NCBI GenBank assembly: GCA_963777605.1
Contig: CAVZRV010000015.1
Coordinates: 128,001-192,000 of the forward strand
DNA: 64,000 nt
Source of the DNA: an uncultured Acidobacteriota bacterium
Lineage (GTDB): Bacteria > Acidobacteriota > UBA6911 > RPQK01 > JAPXNP01
Reading direction: 5' to 3'
A program made the translations under genes and the position numbers. The notes beneath the pieces are model-generated. The model ran no database searches, was not told the DNA's origin, and was given only the letters and a program-made list of their open reading frames with translations. This document shows positions 1-10,834 of the stretch, in pieces (within the stretch, counting starts at the first letter, position 1; every line of letters begins with the position of its first letter).

Positions 1-42
1 CTTTCCCCGTCCCCTTCGTCTCCCCGGCGGCGCAGATCAGTT

Positions 43-1245
43 ATGAACGGGCAGAAGCGTCTCCAGTTCGCAACCGCCTACCGGGACGAGTTGATTCAGG
101 ACAATGTCCCGTTCTGGGAGCGCCACTCGATTGACGAAACGTGGGGCGGGTTTCTGCACTGCCTGGATCGCAACGGCGGCCGGGTCGATTCCGACAAGAG
201 CATCTGGATCCAGGGTCGGGCGGCCTGGATGTTCGCCACCCTCTACACGCGAGTAGACCCGCTTCCCCAGTGGCTTTCCCATGCCCAAAGTGGGGTCCGC
301 TTCCTCCGCAACCACGGTTTTGACCAGGATGGGCGGATGTTTTTCTGGGTGACGAGAGACGGGAAACCGCTGCGCAAGAGACGCTACTACTTCAGCGAGT
401 GTTTCGCCGTCATCGCCTTTGCGGCACTGGCCCAGGCTTCGGGAGACCAGGAACTGGCCACCGAGGCCCGGCTCCTGTTTCGAAAGATCCTGGACTATCG
501 GTCCCGTCCGGAACTCGCCGGCCCTCCGAAGTGGAACCCCGAGAACCGGGCGATGAAAGGAATCGGGGCACCGATGATCACGATCAACGTTGCCCAGGAA
601 CTGAGGGACACGATCGGGGACGAACTAGCCGATTCAGTGATCGATGAATGCATCAGCGAAATCAAGAGCGATTTCGTCAAGCCGGACCTGGAATGCGTCA
701 TGGAGTCCGTCGCCCCGGATGGGAGCCTGATCGACCACTTCGACGGCCGTCTCCTCAATCCGGGGCACGCTCTCGAGGCCGCCTGGTTCATCCTGCGGGA
801 ATCACTTCACCGGGGAGGTGATCCCGAATTGACCCGCCTCGGATGCCGGATCGTGGACTGGATGTGGGCCCGCGGCTGGGACCGCGAGTATGGCGGGCTC
901 TTCTATTTTCGTGACCTTCTCGATCAGCCCGTCCAGGAGTACTGGCACGAGATGAAATTCTGGTGGCCCCACAACGAGGCCGTGCTCGCCACCCTGATGG
1001 CCCACGAACTGACCGGTGAAACCCGGTACGAGCGCATGCACGACCAACTGTACGAATGGAGCCAGGCCCACTTTCGCGATCCCCAGGAGGGGGAGTGGTT
1101 CGGCTACCTGAGACGGGACGGCAGCCTGGCTTCGACGCTCAAGGGGAACCTCTGGAAGGGTCCGTTCCACGTTCCGCGGATGCTGCTCACGGCCTGGAAG
1201 CTTCTGGAGGCGCCCCCGTTCATTCGCCCATCCCATGAAGGATGA
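43..1245 (+). CDS. N-acylglucosamine 2-epimerase (AGE family)
   Basis: 400 aa with AGE motifs FW..HS.D...GGFL.CLDR.G, W.QGR..W, NPGHA.E..WF, KFWWP.NE, WFGYL.RDG and KG..WKGPFHVPR. Confidence 0.9.
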   Translation: MNGQKRLQFATAYRDELIQDNVPFWERHSIDETWGGFLHCLDRNGGRVDSDKSIWIQGRAAWMFATLYTRVDPLPQWLSHAQSGVRFLRNHGFDQDGRMFFWVTRDGKPLRKRRYYFSECFAVIAFAALAQASGDQELATEARLLFRKILDYRSRPELAGPPKWNPENRAMKGIGAPMITINVAQELRDTIGDELADSVIDECISEIKSDFVKPDLECVMESVAPDGSLIDHFDGRLLNPGHALEAAWFILRESLHRGGDPELTRLGCRIVDWMWARGWDREYGGLFYFRDLLDQPVQEYWHEMKFWWPHNEAVLATLMAHELTGETRYERMHDQLYEWSQAHFRDPQEGEWFGYLRRDGSLASTLKGNLWKGPFHVPRMLLTAWKLLEAPPFIRPSHEG

Positions 1246-1290
1246 CATTAGTCATCGTCGTGAGAAATCCCAATACTCTAGATTTGCTTC

Positions 1291-2397
1291 ATGAGCCGTT
1301 CCGATCTGCCCATTCTGGAACCTGAAATCTCGTCCTCGCACTTGGCGGCTTCGATTCCCACGGACTTCCCGGAAAAGAAATCGCGCAAGCCCTTATTGAA
1401 CAGGCGCCGAGACGACCGCTCCCAGAGCATTCGTTCGGGCCTGCAAATCGGCTTTCTACTGTTGAATGTCTGGATCGGGTTCCAGTTTTACCTCTGGGTG
1501 CGCTACTACGAGACGGGCGGACATGGCTGGCACGTTCCCCGTCCTCCCGGAGTTGAGGGCTGGCTGCCGATTGCCTCGCTCATGAACCTCAAGGCATGGG
1601 TGATGACGGGCGCCGTTCCGCCGATTCATGCGGCGGGAATGTTCCTCCTGGTGGCCTTCCTGGTCATCTCGCTGATCTTTCGCAAGGCCTTTTGCGGCTG
1701 GCTTTGCCCCGTCGGAACCGTATCAGAAACCCTCTGGCAGTTTGGCAGAAAGCTCATGGGGAGAAACTTTCGGCTCCCGGCCGTGCTGGATTATCCCTTG
1801 CGAGCGCTGAAGTATCTTCTGCTGGCGCTGTTCCTGTACGCAGTGGGAAGCATGTCCGCGCCTGCCATCCGAAACTTCCTGGATGGCCCTTACGGAGTCG
1901 TCGCAGACGTCAAGATGCTCGGATTCTTCCGGAACCTCTCCCTGTTTGTGCTTGCTGTCGTGGGATTGCTTGTTGTTGCCTCCCTGTTCGTAAGGAACTC
2001 CTGGTGCCGTTACCTCTGCCCTTACGGCGCACTGATGGGCCTGTTCTCGCTGCTGAGTCCTCTCAAGATTCGGCGTGACGAGGATCTGTGTATCGACTGT
2101 GCCCGGTGTGCCCGGGCCTGCCCTTCCGGTCTGCCGGTGGACCGGAAAGATTCCGTTCAGTCCCCAGAGTGCGTCGGCTGCTACCAATGCGTTGCGGCGT
2201 GCCCCGCAGCCGGGGCGTTGGAAATGAAAGCTCCCGGCGGGCGGATCGTCCGCCCGGCCTGGATAGCCGCAGGAATTCTGGCCGTGTTCCTGGGCTCGGT
2301 CCTGGTCGCCCGACTGGGAGGTCACTGGAAGACTCAGTTGCCCGAAAGCACCTACTTCGAACTGGTGCCGAATGCCGACCAGTTCTCCCACCCCTGA
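1291..2397 (+). CDS. Membrane 4Fe-4S polyferredoxin (NapH/MauN/YccM-like)
   Basis: TM helices, CGWLCP and CRYLCP motifs, two ferredoxin motifs (CIDCARCARACP, CVGCYQCVAACP). Confidence 0.88.
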   Translation: MSRSDLPILEPEISSSHLAASIPTDFPEKKSRKPLLNRRRDDRSQSIRSGLQIGFLLLNVWIGFQFYLWVRYYETGGHGWHVPRPPGVEGWLPIASLMNLKAWVMTGAVPPIHAAGMFLLVAFLVISLIFRKAFCGWLCPVGTVSETLWQFGRKLMGRNFRLPAVLDYPLRALKYLLLALFLYAVGSMSAPAIRNFLDGPYGVVADVKMLGFFRNLSLFVLAVVGLLVVASLFVRNSWCRYLCPYGALMGLFSLLSPLKIRRDEDLCIDCARCARACPSGLPVDRKDSVQSPECVGCYQCVAACPAAGALEMKAPGGRIVRPAWIAAGILAVFLGSVLVARLGGHWKTQLPESTYFELVPNADQFSHP

Positions 2398-2494
2398 GAT
2401 TGATTCCAAAACCGGAGGCGGCTACGATCGTGGGGAGAAGCGCCTGTCGCCCCACCATCGCGGGGGCGCGGCCGGCAGTGCGGAGCAATGTGGC

Positions 2495-3169
2495 ATGGGA
2501 ACGGTGATTCTTGGGGGGGACGACCTCCGAATGCGGGTTGACGTGGAGTCGGTGGAGAAATCCCTCCGGATCCGCCCCGACCAGCCGGATGCGGCCCGGT
2601 TTCGGGAGATGATCGAGGAAGCCGCCCGAATCGCACGTCCCAAGGTGATCTTCCGCCGCACCGAAGTTGAGAGCATTGACGAACAGGGAATCGTTATCGG
2701 CGGGATCCGGTTAAACGGCCCTCTTCTGCACCGCAACCTCCGGGACACCGGCCAGGTGATCCCCTTCGTGGCAACCTGCGGACGGGAAGTAAATAAGTGG
2801 GCCACCCAGTTCAGCGATCTTCTCGAATCGTACTGGGCCGACGAGATCAAGAACCAGGCCCTGCTTGCGGCCCTCGGCTCCTTTCACGAGGTGCTCGAGT
2901 CACTCGAAGAGATTCACCACGCGACCATGAACCCGGGCTCCCTTCCCTCCTGGCCGATTGAGCAACAGGGGTCGCTCTTTCGAGTGCTGGGCGATGTCGA
3001 AGGAGCGATCGGGGTCAGCCTGACCGAAAGTTTCCTGATGATCCCGAACAAGTCAGTGTCCGGCATCGCCTTCCCATCGCAGGTCGGATGGCAGAGTTGT
3101 CTGCTCTGCGGCCGGCCCAACTGCCCCAACCGAAGAGCCGAGTATTGCCCTGACCGATTTGCGGAATAA
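2495..3169 (+). CDS. Stand-alone B12-dependent methionine synthase activation-domain-like protein
   Basis: NPGSLPSWPIEQQ..LF, IGVSLTESFLMIPNKSVSG and C-terminal CxxCxxxxCxxRR; start inferred at ATG 2495. Confidence 0.75.
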   Translation: MGTVILGGDDLRMRVDVESVEKSLRIRPDQPDAARFREMIEEAARIARPKVIFRRTEVESIDEQGIVIGGIRLNGPLLHRNLRDTGQVIPFVATCGREVNKWATQFSDLLESYWADEIKNQALLAALGSFHEVLESLEEIHHATMNPGSLPSWPIEQQGSLFRVLGDVEGAIGVSLTESFLMIPNKSVSGIAFPSQVGWQSCLLCGRPNCPNRRAEYCPDRFAE

Positions 3170-3308
3170 GTCAACAAAATCACTCCATATTCCCTTAAGT
3201 ATATATCCTGAAATCGTTTACGGGTCGGACGATCGCGGCCTCGTCTGGTATGATTGGAAGATCTTACCGTCAATAATATTGCGCCAGATAGGCGAAAGGA
3301 GGTCCAGA

Positions 3309-3866
3309 TTGAGTGGGAGGACGAGTTCAAGATGTGTGATCGGAGCGGTGCTGATGATGTTCGGGTGCACCATGATCCTGGCACAGGGCTCCGGTAAGTA
3401 CTCGTACGAGGGCGTTGCCGTCTGCGGGATGTGTCACAAATCAGCGAAACAGGGTGATCAGCTCAAGGTCTGGCAGGGGAGTGCCCACGCCAAGGCATTC
3501 CAGGCCTTGCAGAGCCCGGAAGCTGCGAAAATTGCCAAAGATAAAGGACTGAGTACAACCGCGGACAAAGCTGAAGCATGCCTGAAGTGTCATGCCAGCG
3601 GCTACAACGTTGATGCTGCTCGTTTGGGCAAGAGATTCAAGGTCGAAGACGGCGTGCAGTGTGAGACGTGCCACGGACCCGGATCGGCCTACAAGTCGAT
3701 GAAGATCATGAAGGACGCCAAGCTGGCCGAAGAGAACGGTCTGATCCTCCACAAAGACGTGGAGAAGTACTGCAAGTCGTGCCACAACGAAGAGAGCCCG
3801 ACTTACAAGCCCTTCAACTTCGCCGAGTCCTGGGCCAAGATCAAGCACCCCGTACCCGGCAAGTAA
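3309..3866 (+). CDS. Periplasmic tetraheme cytochrome c (c554-like)
   Basis: Four CxxCH motifs (CGMCH, CLKCH, CETCH, CKSCH), GVQCETCHGPGS, signal peptide; TTG start after AAAGGAGG RBS. Confidence 0.88.
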   Translation: MSGRTSSRCVIGAVLMMFGCTMILAQGSGKYSYEGVAVCGMCHKSAKQGDQLKVWQGSAHAKAFQALQSPEAAKIAKDKGLSTTADKAEACLKCHASGYNVDAARLGKRFKVEDGVQCETCHGPGSAYKSMKIMKDAKLAEENGLILHKDVEKYCKSCHNEESPTYKPFNFAESWAKIKHPVPGK

Positions 3867-3895
3867 TCCTGTTGTTACGACAGTCAATTTGAATG

Positions 3896-3937
3896 ATTAA
3901 AACAGCCATGGACCCGCGGGTCCATGGCTGTTTTAAT
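3896..3937. terminator. Perfect 42-bp palindrome, probable intrinsic terminator
   Basis: attaaaacagccatggacccg|cgggtccatggctgttttaat lies 30 bp after the cytochrome stop; T-tracts on both strands. Confidence 0.7.
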
Positions 3938-3981
3938 ATGGGGAGCCGATCCGGCGGGAAGGACGGCGGAGAGGGGGCAGT

Positions 3982-5691
3982 GTGAATCGCAGACGGTTTC
4001 TCAGGAATGCGGCCGGGGGCCTGTCCGTTCTCGGGCTGTCGCGGCCGGGGTTCCCTTCGGCAGGCCTTTACGTGGGAAATGGAGAGCCGAGAGTCTCCTG
4101 CGACGTCGCCATCATCGGTGGCGGCGTGGGAGGGGTAGCGGCCGCCCTCGCCTGTCTTCGATCCGGGCTTCGGGTTGTTTTGAGTGAAGAGACCGACTGG
4201 GTCGGCGGACAGCTCACGCAGCAGGGTGTTCCGCCCGATGAAAACCCTTGGATCGAGCAGTTCGGTTCGACTGCTTCGTACCGGAAATTCCGCCAGGACG
4301 TCCGAGACTACTACCGACGCTGGTACCCGCTCAGCCCGCGCGCGGCCTCCGACCCAGACCTGAATCCCGGCAACTGTGGGGTCTCTCGACTCTGTCACGA
4401 GCCACGCGTCGCCCTGGCGGTTCTCGAGTCTTACCTGGCCGCGGCCAGAAGTTCCGGACAGCTGCAAGTCCTCCTGAACCACCGCCCGGTCCAGGCCGAT
4501 GCCACGGGAGATCGAGTTGATTCGGTTCTGCTCGAAAACCAACTGGAAGGCTCTCGGGTTCTCATCAAAGCACACTACTTTGTTGATGCAACCGAGACCG
4601 GCGACCTGCTGCCCCTGACCGGAACCGAGTATGTCGTCGGGGCGGAGGCCCGTTCGGAAACGGGAGAGCCTCACGCGGCGGCGTCTTACCAGCCGGGGAA
4701 CGTCCAGTCCATCACCTGGTGCTTCGCCCTCAGTTACACTCCCGGAGCCGACTTCACCATCGACAAGCCCCGCGAGTACGACTTCTGGAGGAACTACCGG
4801 CCGGACCTGAAACCGCCCTGGCCCGGTCCGCTGCTCAGCTGGACCTATACCCATCCGATCACCCTGGGACCCTTCACGCGGGGGTTCGACCCTACTCCGG
4901 ACGCTCGCGAACCCGGCTTCTGGGTCTACCGAAGGCTTTGCGACCCGCGCAACTTCACCGATGATCGTCCCGGGATCACCGTGGTCAACTGGCCCCAGAA
5001 CGATTACCTGCTCGGGAGCATCATCGATCAACCACCGGATGAGACCGAACGTCACCTGGGGCAATCGCGACAGCTGAGCTTTTCCCTGGTCTACTGGCTG
5101 CAGACCGAAGCACCGCGCCCCGATGGCGGTGCGGGATGGCCGGGGCTGCGCCTGCGCGGCGACCTCATGGGGACCTCACACGGACTGGCAAAACGCCCCT
5201 ACATCCGCGAATCAAGGAGGATTCGATCCGAGTTCACCGTTCTCGAGCAGCACGTGGGAACACGAGCCCGGATGGAAGCCACCGGTTTGGACGAAGACTC
5301 GGTAACGGCGGAACGGTTTCCCGACAGCGTCGGAATCGGGAGCTACCGGATCGATCTCCACCCTTCGACGGGCGGAGACAACTACATCGACATCAGTTCA
5401 CTCCCGTTTCAGATTCCGCTGGGAGCCCTGCTCCCCCGTAGAGTCAGGAATCTCATCCCGGCCTGCAAGAACATCGGAACAACCCACATCACCAACGGCT
5501 GCTATCGGCTCCACCCGGTTGAGTGGAACATCGGCGAGTCCGCCGGCTTCCTGGCGAGTTACTGCCTCGAGCAACGAAAGGAACCTCAGCAGGTCCGGAG
5601 AACCAACGACCTGCTCAAGGAGTTCCAGGAATTGATTCAAAGACAGGGGGTCGAAATCGCCTGGCCCGATCCGCTCAGAAGTCCCCGGTAA
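3982..5691 (+). CDS. Tat-exported FAD-dependent oxidoreductase
   Basis: NRRRFL Tat motif, DVAIIGGGVGG, VDATETGDLLPL, PYIRESRRI, KNIGTTHITNGCYRLHPVEW. Confidence 0.85.
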   Translation: MNRRRFLRNAAGGLSVLGLSRPGFPSAGLYVGNGEPRVSCDVAIIGGGVGGVAAALACLRSGLRVVLSEETDWVGGQLTQQGVPPDENPWIEQFGSTASYRKFRQDVRDYYRRWYPLSPRAASDPDLNPGNCGVSRLCHEPRVALAVLESYLAAARSSGQLQVLLNHRPVQADATGDRVDSVLLENQLEGSRVLIKAHYFVDATETGDLLPLTGTEYVVGAEARSETGEPHAAASYQPGNVQSITWCFALSYTPGADFTIDKPREYDFWRNYRPDLKPPWPGPLLSWTYTHPITLGPFTRGFDPTPDAREPGFWVYRRLCDPRNFTDDRPGITVVNWPQNDYLLGSIIDQPPDETERHLGQSRQLSFSLVYWLQTEAPRPDGGAGWPGLRLRGDLMGTSHGLAKRPYIRESRRIRSEFTVLEQHVGTRARMEATGLDEDSVTAERFPDSVGIGSYRIDLHPSTGGDNYIDISSLPFQIPLGALLPRRVRNLIPACKNIGTTHITNGCYRLHPVEWNIGESAGFLASYCLEQRKEPQQVRRTNDLLKEFQELIQRQGVEIAWPDPLRSPR

Positions 5692-5694
5692 GGT

Positions 5695-5766
<72 letters not shown>

Positions 5767-5909
5767 TAAGGATCATATCCGTTCCTGTTACCGCGGATGC
5801 AGGATTCACGGTTTCAAGTTCAACCTTCCACGCGTCTGAGGGTTGGGCCAAGATTCGATTTCTGCGCGCCGTGCCATCTTGTCCGGCAGTTCAAAGCTCC
5901 TCCGCCACG

Positions 5910-5953
5910 TTTCACCCTTCGAATGATTCCCGCCGCCGAACGACGGGGCGGGG
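5910..5953 (-). repeat. Dispersed ~45-bp intergenic repeat, copy A
   Basis: Reverse complement ccccgcccc...gggaatcattcgaagggtgaaa resembles the copies at 38551, 57007 and 57420. Confidence 0.6.
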
Positions 5954-6196
5954 ATCATCCGGCGGCGGCGGGCGCACGAGTCCCCCGGGCAAAGCCTCCG
6001 GCGGGGGCCAAACCCCAAACCCCACTTATTAAGAACGAACGTGTCGGCAAAAATGCGAAAAAATACTCGATAAAAGACAAGTTTCCGCAGATTCCCAACC
6101 GGCCACATCTCTCACTGGCCTGAAAGCCACTCGCCGAGTCGGTATGATCAGAGTAAGGTCTTTAAAATTCAAAACGTACAATTCGGGAGCTGAATA

Positions 6197-6799
6197 ATGA
6201 CGAACGTACTGATTCTTTACTACAGCATGTACGGGCACATTGAAACCATGGCGAAGGCAGTCGCCGAAGGGGTACGCAGCGTCGAAGGGGTCGAGGCTAC
6301 AATCAAGCGGGTAGAAGAACTCATGCCGAAGGAAACGGCGCAGAAGGCAGGAGCCAAGCTCGACCAGAGCGCTCCGATCGCCACCGTGGAGGAACTGCCG
6401 GAATACGACGCGATCATCTTCGGCACGCCGACGCGATTCGGCAACATGTGCGCCCAGATGCGCAACTTCCTGGATCAGACCGGGAAACTATGGGTCAGCG
6501 GCAAACTGGTTGGCAAGGTGGGAAGCGTCTTCACCTCGACGGCGACCCAGCACGGAGGCCAGGAAACCACGATCACCTCGTTCCACAGCACCCTCCTCCA
6601 CCAGGGCATGATCGTGGTGGGAGTGCCCTATGCGTGCCAGCGACTGCTCAACATGGAGGAAATCACCGGTGGGTCCCCCTATGGTGCGAGTACCCTTGCA
6701 GGGAGCGACAACAGTCGTCAGCCGTCACAGAATGAACTGGAGATTGCCCGGTACCAGGGCGCCCATGTCGCGGGGATCGCGAAGAAACTCGCCACCTGA
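6197..6799 (+). CDS. wrbA: NAD(P)H:quinone oxidoreductase WrbA
   Basis: [26 protein letters not shown] and GGSPYGAST motifs. Confidence 0.95.
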   Translation: MTNVLILYYSMYGHIETMAKAVAEGVRSVEGVEATIKRVEELMPKETAQKAGAKLDQSAPIATVEELPEYDAIIFGTPTRFGNMCAQMRNFLDQTGKLWVSGKLVGKVGSVFTSTATQHGGQETTITSFHSTLLHQGMIVVGVPYACQRLLNMEEITGGSPYGASTLAGSDNSRQPSQNELEIARYQGAHVAGIAKKLAT

Positions 6800-6908
6800 G
6801 ATTGCGAAGATGGCCTCCAATTGAATTGAGGAAGAGCCGCAGAGTTATCTCGGGTCACGTTCTCTTTAGCCTGGATTTTCGCGCCGGCCCCTCCCCACTG
6901 ACTCTCCG

Positions 6909-8388
6909 CTATCGTGCCCAGGATTCTTCGATTTCTTCCAGCGTTCGCCCTTTGGTCTCGGGGACGTAGCGCCAGAAGAACCAGGTCCCGCAGAAGCAAA
7001 TCAGAGCGAAAGTCAGAAAATCCCACGTGCATCCCGTACCGGGCAACGTACCAGGGAAACAGGAGAGCACTGACCGAGTTGGTGCCCCAGTTGACCAGTG
7101 TCGCTACGGACATGGCCCGCCCGCGGACCCGGTTCGGGAAAATCTCGGGCGTCAGCACCCAGATCACCGCGCAGATCGAGAGCGCCACGCAGGCCATGTA
7201 GACACACAGGACGAGGGCGATCCACGGGCCCAGCTGCGGACGGCTCAGAACCAGCGCTTGGGTCCCGGAAATGTCAACGAAGTGGGGGTTCCCAAGGAAA
7301 AAGAGGATTCCGGTAACGGCCAGCGAAACCGCGACGAGACTCATTCCCCCAATCAGCAGCGGCCGTCGCCCCAGCCGGTCGATGACGCTGAGCGCCACCA
7401 GCGTGAAGACCAGGTTGACGAGTCCAAACCCTACCTGAAACTGGAAGGCCCCGATCCTCTCGAATCCCGCGTACTGGAGAACAGTCGGCCCGTAGTAAAC
7501 GACGATGTTGACGCCCGTCAACTGCCCGAAGAAGGACAGCGCAACTCCAACCAGGAGCGCCATCCGCAACCCGGGCCGCACCAGTTCGCGAAGTGTCCCG
7601 GCTTCATGGGCAAGCGCCGTCCGGATTTCCTCAATCAATTTGCGCGCTTCGGCGCGACCTCCGACTCGGGCCAGGATAACCTCGGCGGCTCCAAACCGCC
7701 CCTCTTTGGCCAGCCAGCGAGGACTTTCCGGGACCCAGAAGAGGAGGATCAGGAAGAGGCCCGCCGGGATCATTTCCGCCCCGAACATCCCCCGCCAGAC
7801 TTCGGACACCAGCAGCCAGTTGAGGATTCCGCCCCCGAATGCCGCCGGGCTGTTTTGGGCGTGACTCAACAGAAGCCAGTTTGAGGAGTAAGCAGCCAGG
7901 ATCCCGACGACGATCGAGAGTTGATAGAGCCCACCGAGGCGGCCTCTTGACCGGGCGGGAACGAACTCCGAGATGAACATGGGTGCGAGGACCGAAGCCA
8001 TCCCGACTCCCCAGCCTCCAATAATGCGGGCACAGATCAGAATGGTGAAATCAGGTGGTATAGCGGAGAACAGCGCCGACACAAAGAAGAAGAGCGCCGA
8101 AAGCTTAAGAATCGGCCGGCGACCGAACCGGTCACCCAGGTACCCGGCCACGGCTGCGCCGAAGACACAGCCAACCAGGGCAGAACTGCCGAACCACCCG
8201 ACCTGGAGTTTGCTCAGGCCAAACTGCTTCTCGACGAACCCGAATGTCCCCGAGATCACCGCCGTATCGAACCCGAAGAGAAGTCCTCCGAGGGAGGCCA
8301 CAATGCAAATCAGCGCCAGGTAGACGGAACTGCCCATTCCGGTACTCGCCTGATCTTTCTGTCTCCCCGCGCGCGCATTCTCACCCAA
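6909..8388 (-). CDS. MFS sugar porter (XylE-like), frameshift near 7017-7020
   Basis: GGLLFGFDTAVISG, DRFGRR, PESPRWL, EIFPNRVRG; removing one base from the A-run restores ...VPETKGRTLEEIE with a stop at 6909. Confidence 0.88.
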
Positions 8389-8427
8389 TTCGGATTTCTT
8401 TCCCAGCCCGCCCGAAATCTACTCCCG

Positions 8428-10014
8428 TCACTTCGGCTGCCGCTCGTTGGCCCCGATATCGGGTTTACCCTCTTCCGGCACCGGGTTTCCCCAGAAATCC
8501 CGCCCTCCGTTTCCATCAATCTGGATACCGGCGTCAATGCAGGGAGAAGCGGCCTGCAATTGGTAGCCGTTGAGTGAGTCGAAACCCGTACCGCCGGAAC
8601 CCGGGTCAACCAGGAGAGGATCTTTCCGATAGGCTCGAGCATCGGGAGGCAAAGCCTCCTGTTTCCCGAAATAGACATTGTTCTCGAACCGGTTGTTCAG
8701 GCTGAGGCCGAATCCATCCTCAGTTTTGAAGAGTCCGTCTTCAATCCGGGCAGTTGCATGTCGATAGCGGGCTGTCCCTTCCGAGTAAACGATATTGTTC
8801 TCGAAGGAGACTCCTTGAGACCAACCGTCCCAGTCGGAGAAGAGAAGCACGTCCACCATCTGATCCTTGCTCACGTAAAAGACGTTGTTGTAAATTTGCG
8901 CGTCTTCTATCGTTCCGGCAATGTGAAAGGTCCGGACCTGGTCGCCCTGGCTGATGTTGTAGCGAACGATGGTTCCGGTATTCGGAACCATCCGTGGCAG
9001 CTTCCAGTTTCCGCTCGAACAAATCAGCATGAATCCACCTTCGTTGTCGTGACTGTAGTTGTACTGGAAGATCGTGTTCATGCAGTTCCCGTCGGAATCA
9101 AACGCCTGGCCGTCCTTGGTGCCTTTCACGCCGCTGACCTCGTTGAACTGGATCAACGTGTTGTCACTGCTCCAGGGCCAGATCCCCGCCGCATAGTCGT
9201 CACAGCGAGTACGCCCTCCCTCGAGCCGATTGTGTTCGACGACAGCACCGTCGCAGCCCCAGACCTTGATCCCGTCGCCCCCAATGTCCTGCAGGAGGTT
9301 CTCCCGGATAACGACGTTGAGGCTGGGGAACCAGGACTCGCGGTCGGAGTTCTCACTGTAGCCGCTGATGCCGTTGCGATCGGTTCGGAGCAGGTGACAT
9401 TTCTCAATCCGCAGACCATCAAACCGGCTGGGAATCCTCTTGCCGCCGTTCTCCCAGAGGATTCCGTGTCCCTCACCCCGGTCCTCCTTGATCAGAGATC
9501 CGTTGACATCGTGCACGAACAGGTCCTTCAGGTAGATGTGGTGCACGATCCCAAAGTCCCAGGCTGCGACTCTGACACCGTATCGAAAGGGAACCCGTTC
9601 CCTGCCCTCGTTCGTCAACTCCAGGCCGCTGACTTCCCAGTATTCCTGGTTATTCAGAAGCAACGCTTCCCCATAGCGCCCTTCAGCATCGATGCGTGGA
9701 CGCGGGCCGTCGCCGTAGACACCCACGACAACCGGCGCAGACTCGCTACCCGAACCCTTTGGCGCAAGCCGGCCGGAATATCGGCTTCCTGCCTTGAAAA
9801 GGATCTTGTCACCCGACGCGAATGCGGTCTCATTGACCGGATCAAGAGTCTTCCATGCCAGATCGGAGGACCGGCCCGAGTTGCCGTCGTCGCCCGAGAG
9901 CGAGTCCACGTAGTAGAGCGTATTTCCCGGAGATTGCGAGACCGAACCCGGTCCCAGGCAGGCCGCCGCCAGGGCCACGACCACTATCAACACGCCTCGA
10001 AGGATCACTTTCAT
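8428..10014 (-). CDS. Secreted right-handed parallel beta-helix (pectin-lyase-like) protein
   Basis: Signal peptide, YYVDS..GDDGNSG, DGQAFDSD, FQYNYSHDNEGG, C-terminal SPCIDAG...PDIGA. Confidence 0.78.
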   Translation of the reverse strand: MKVILRGVLIVVVALAAACLGPGSVSQSPGNTLYYVDSLSGDDGNSGRSSDLAWKTLDPVNETAFASGDKILFKAGSRYSGRLAPKGSGSESAPVVVGVYGDGPRPRIDAEGRYGEALLLNNQEYWEVSGLELTNEGRERVPFRYGVRVAAWDFGIVHHIYLKDLFVHDVNGSLIKEDRGEGHGILWENGGKRIPSRFDGLRIEKCHLLRTDRNGISGYSENSDRESWFPSLNVVIRENLLQDIGGDGIKVWGCDGAVVEHNRLEGGRTRCDDYAAGIWPWSSDNTLIQFNEVSGVKGTKDGQAFDSDGNCMNTIFQYNYSHDNEGGFMLICSSGNWKLPRMVPNTGTIVRYNISQGDQVRTFHIAGTIEDAQIYNNVFYVSKDQMVDVLLFSDWDGWSQGVSFENNIVYSEGTARYRHATARIEDGLFKTEDGFGLSLNNRFENNVYFGKQEALPPDARAYRKDPLLVDPGSGGTGFDSLNGYQLQAASPCIDAGIQIDGNGGRDFWGNPVPEEGKPDIGANERQPK

Positions 10015-10260
10015 GGTTAACTCCTTCCCCATCTGAACCGTGCACACTGAAATCCGGGCGGTCCGACATCGTCGCATGCACATCGCCCCGCCATCCCGGA
10101 ATCGCCTCTCAGGAACCTCGTGACATTCTGATGCCAAGGCCGGGGCGGGTCAATCCTGCCTCGGCAAGAACCGACAAAACTGCCACACCGAGGCGTTCCT
10201 CAAGTCAGCTTCCAAGGCCCAAAAGTACGTGTTCAGTGGGTTTCAGCGCTCAGGAAACTC

Positions 10261-10276
10261 TGGAACGCCTCGTGCT
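10261..10276 (+). promoter_or_regulatory. Putative sigma54 promoter
   Basis: TGGAAC-N5-GTGCT about 70 bp upstream of ATG 10346. Confidence 0.5.
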
Positions 10277-10345
10277 TTCCTGACTATTGAAAATAACGGG
10301 AGGACCTGCAGCAGGCTACCTCCCATGCATCTTAGGAGAAAAACA

Positions 10346-10753
10346 ATGCGACTTAAGACATTTCTGGCAGTTTTGGTATTCATGGCGTTTTCGATCGTTC
10401 CGGCATTTGCGAGTTCCACCACGGTCATCAACGTCAAGGTGCCTTTTGCGTTCGAGGTCGACAACACCGTGTTGCCCGCCGCAAATTACCAACTCAGGCG
10501 GGTTCATATGGAAACCGATAACATCTGGATGATCAGGAGCAAGGACGGGCGCTACTCGGCCGAATTCGTGACCAACCCGGAAGATACTCCGAATCCGGTG
10601 GACCGGTCCACGCTGGAGTTCGAGAAAGTCGGAGACAGCTACTACCTCTCGAACATCTGGGTCAAGGGCAACGAGATGAATTGGTGGGTTCCACAGAGCC
10701 CGAACCGCGGTCCCTCCGTCGGCAAAGTGTCCGTGGGTGCTGACAATTCCTGA
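10346..10753 (+). CDS. Secreted hypothetical protein (VPFxFxVxxxxLPAxxY family)
   Basis: AGGAG RBS and signal peptide; paralogous to 32137-32556. Confidence 0.75.
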   Translation: MRLKTFLAVLVFMAFSIVPAFASSTTVINVKVPFAFEVDNTVLPAANYQLRRVHMETDNIWMIRSKDGRYSAEFVTNPEDTPNPVDRSTLEFEKVGDSYYLSNIWVKGNEMNWWVPQSPNRGPSVGKVSVGADNS

Positions 10754-10834
10754 GCGGCAACAGGCTCACCCCGGGGACGCTTGAGGGACTCGAGTCTTAG
10801 CGAAGCCTGCGCCCCGAAATCTCCGAGAGGTCAG

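Noticed and set aside
7010-7025. Programmed ribosomal frameshift in the sugar porter
   Set aside because: A single extra base in a homopolymer, one of many such indels; sequencing error is more parsimonious.
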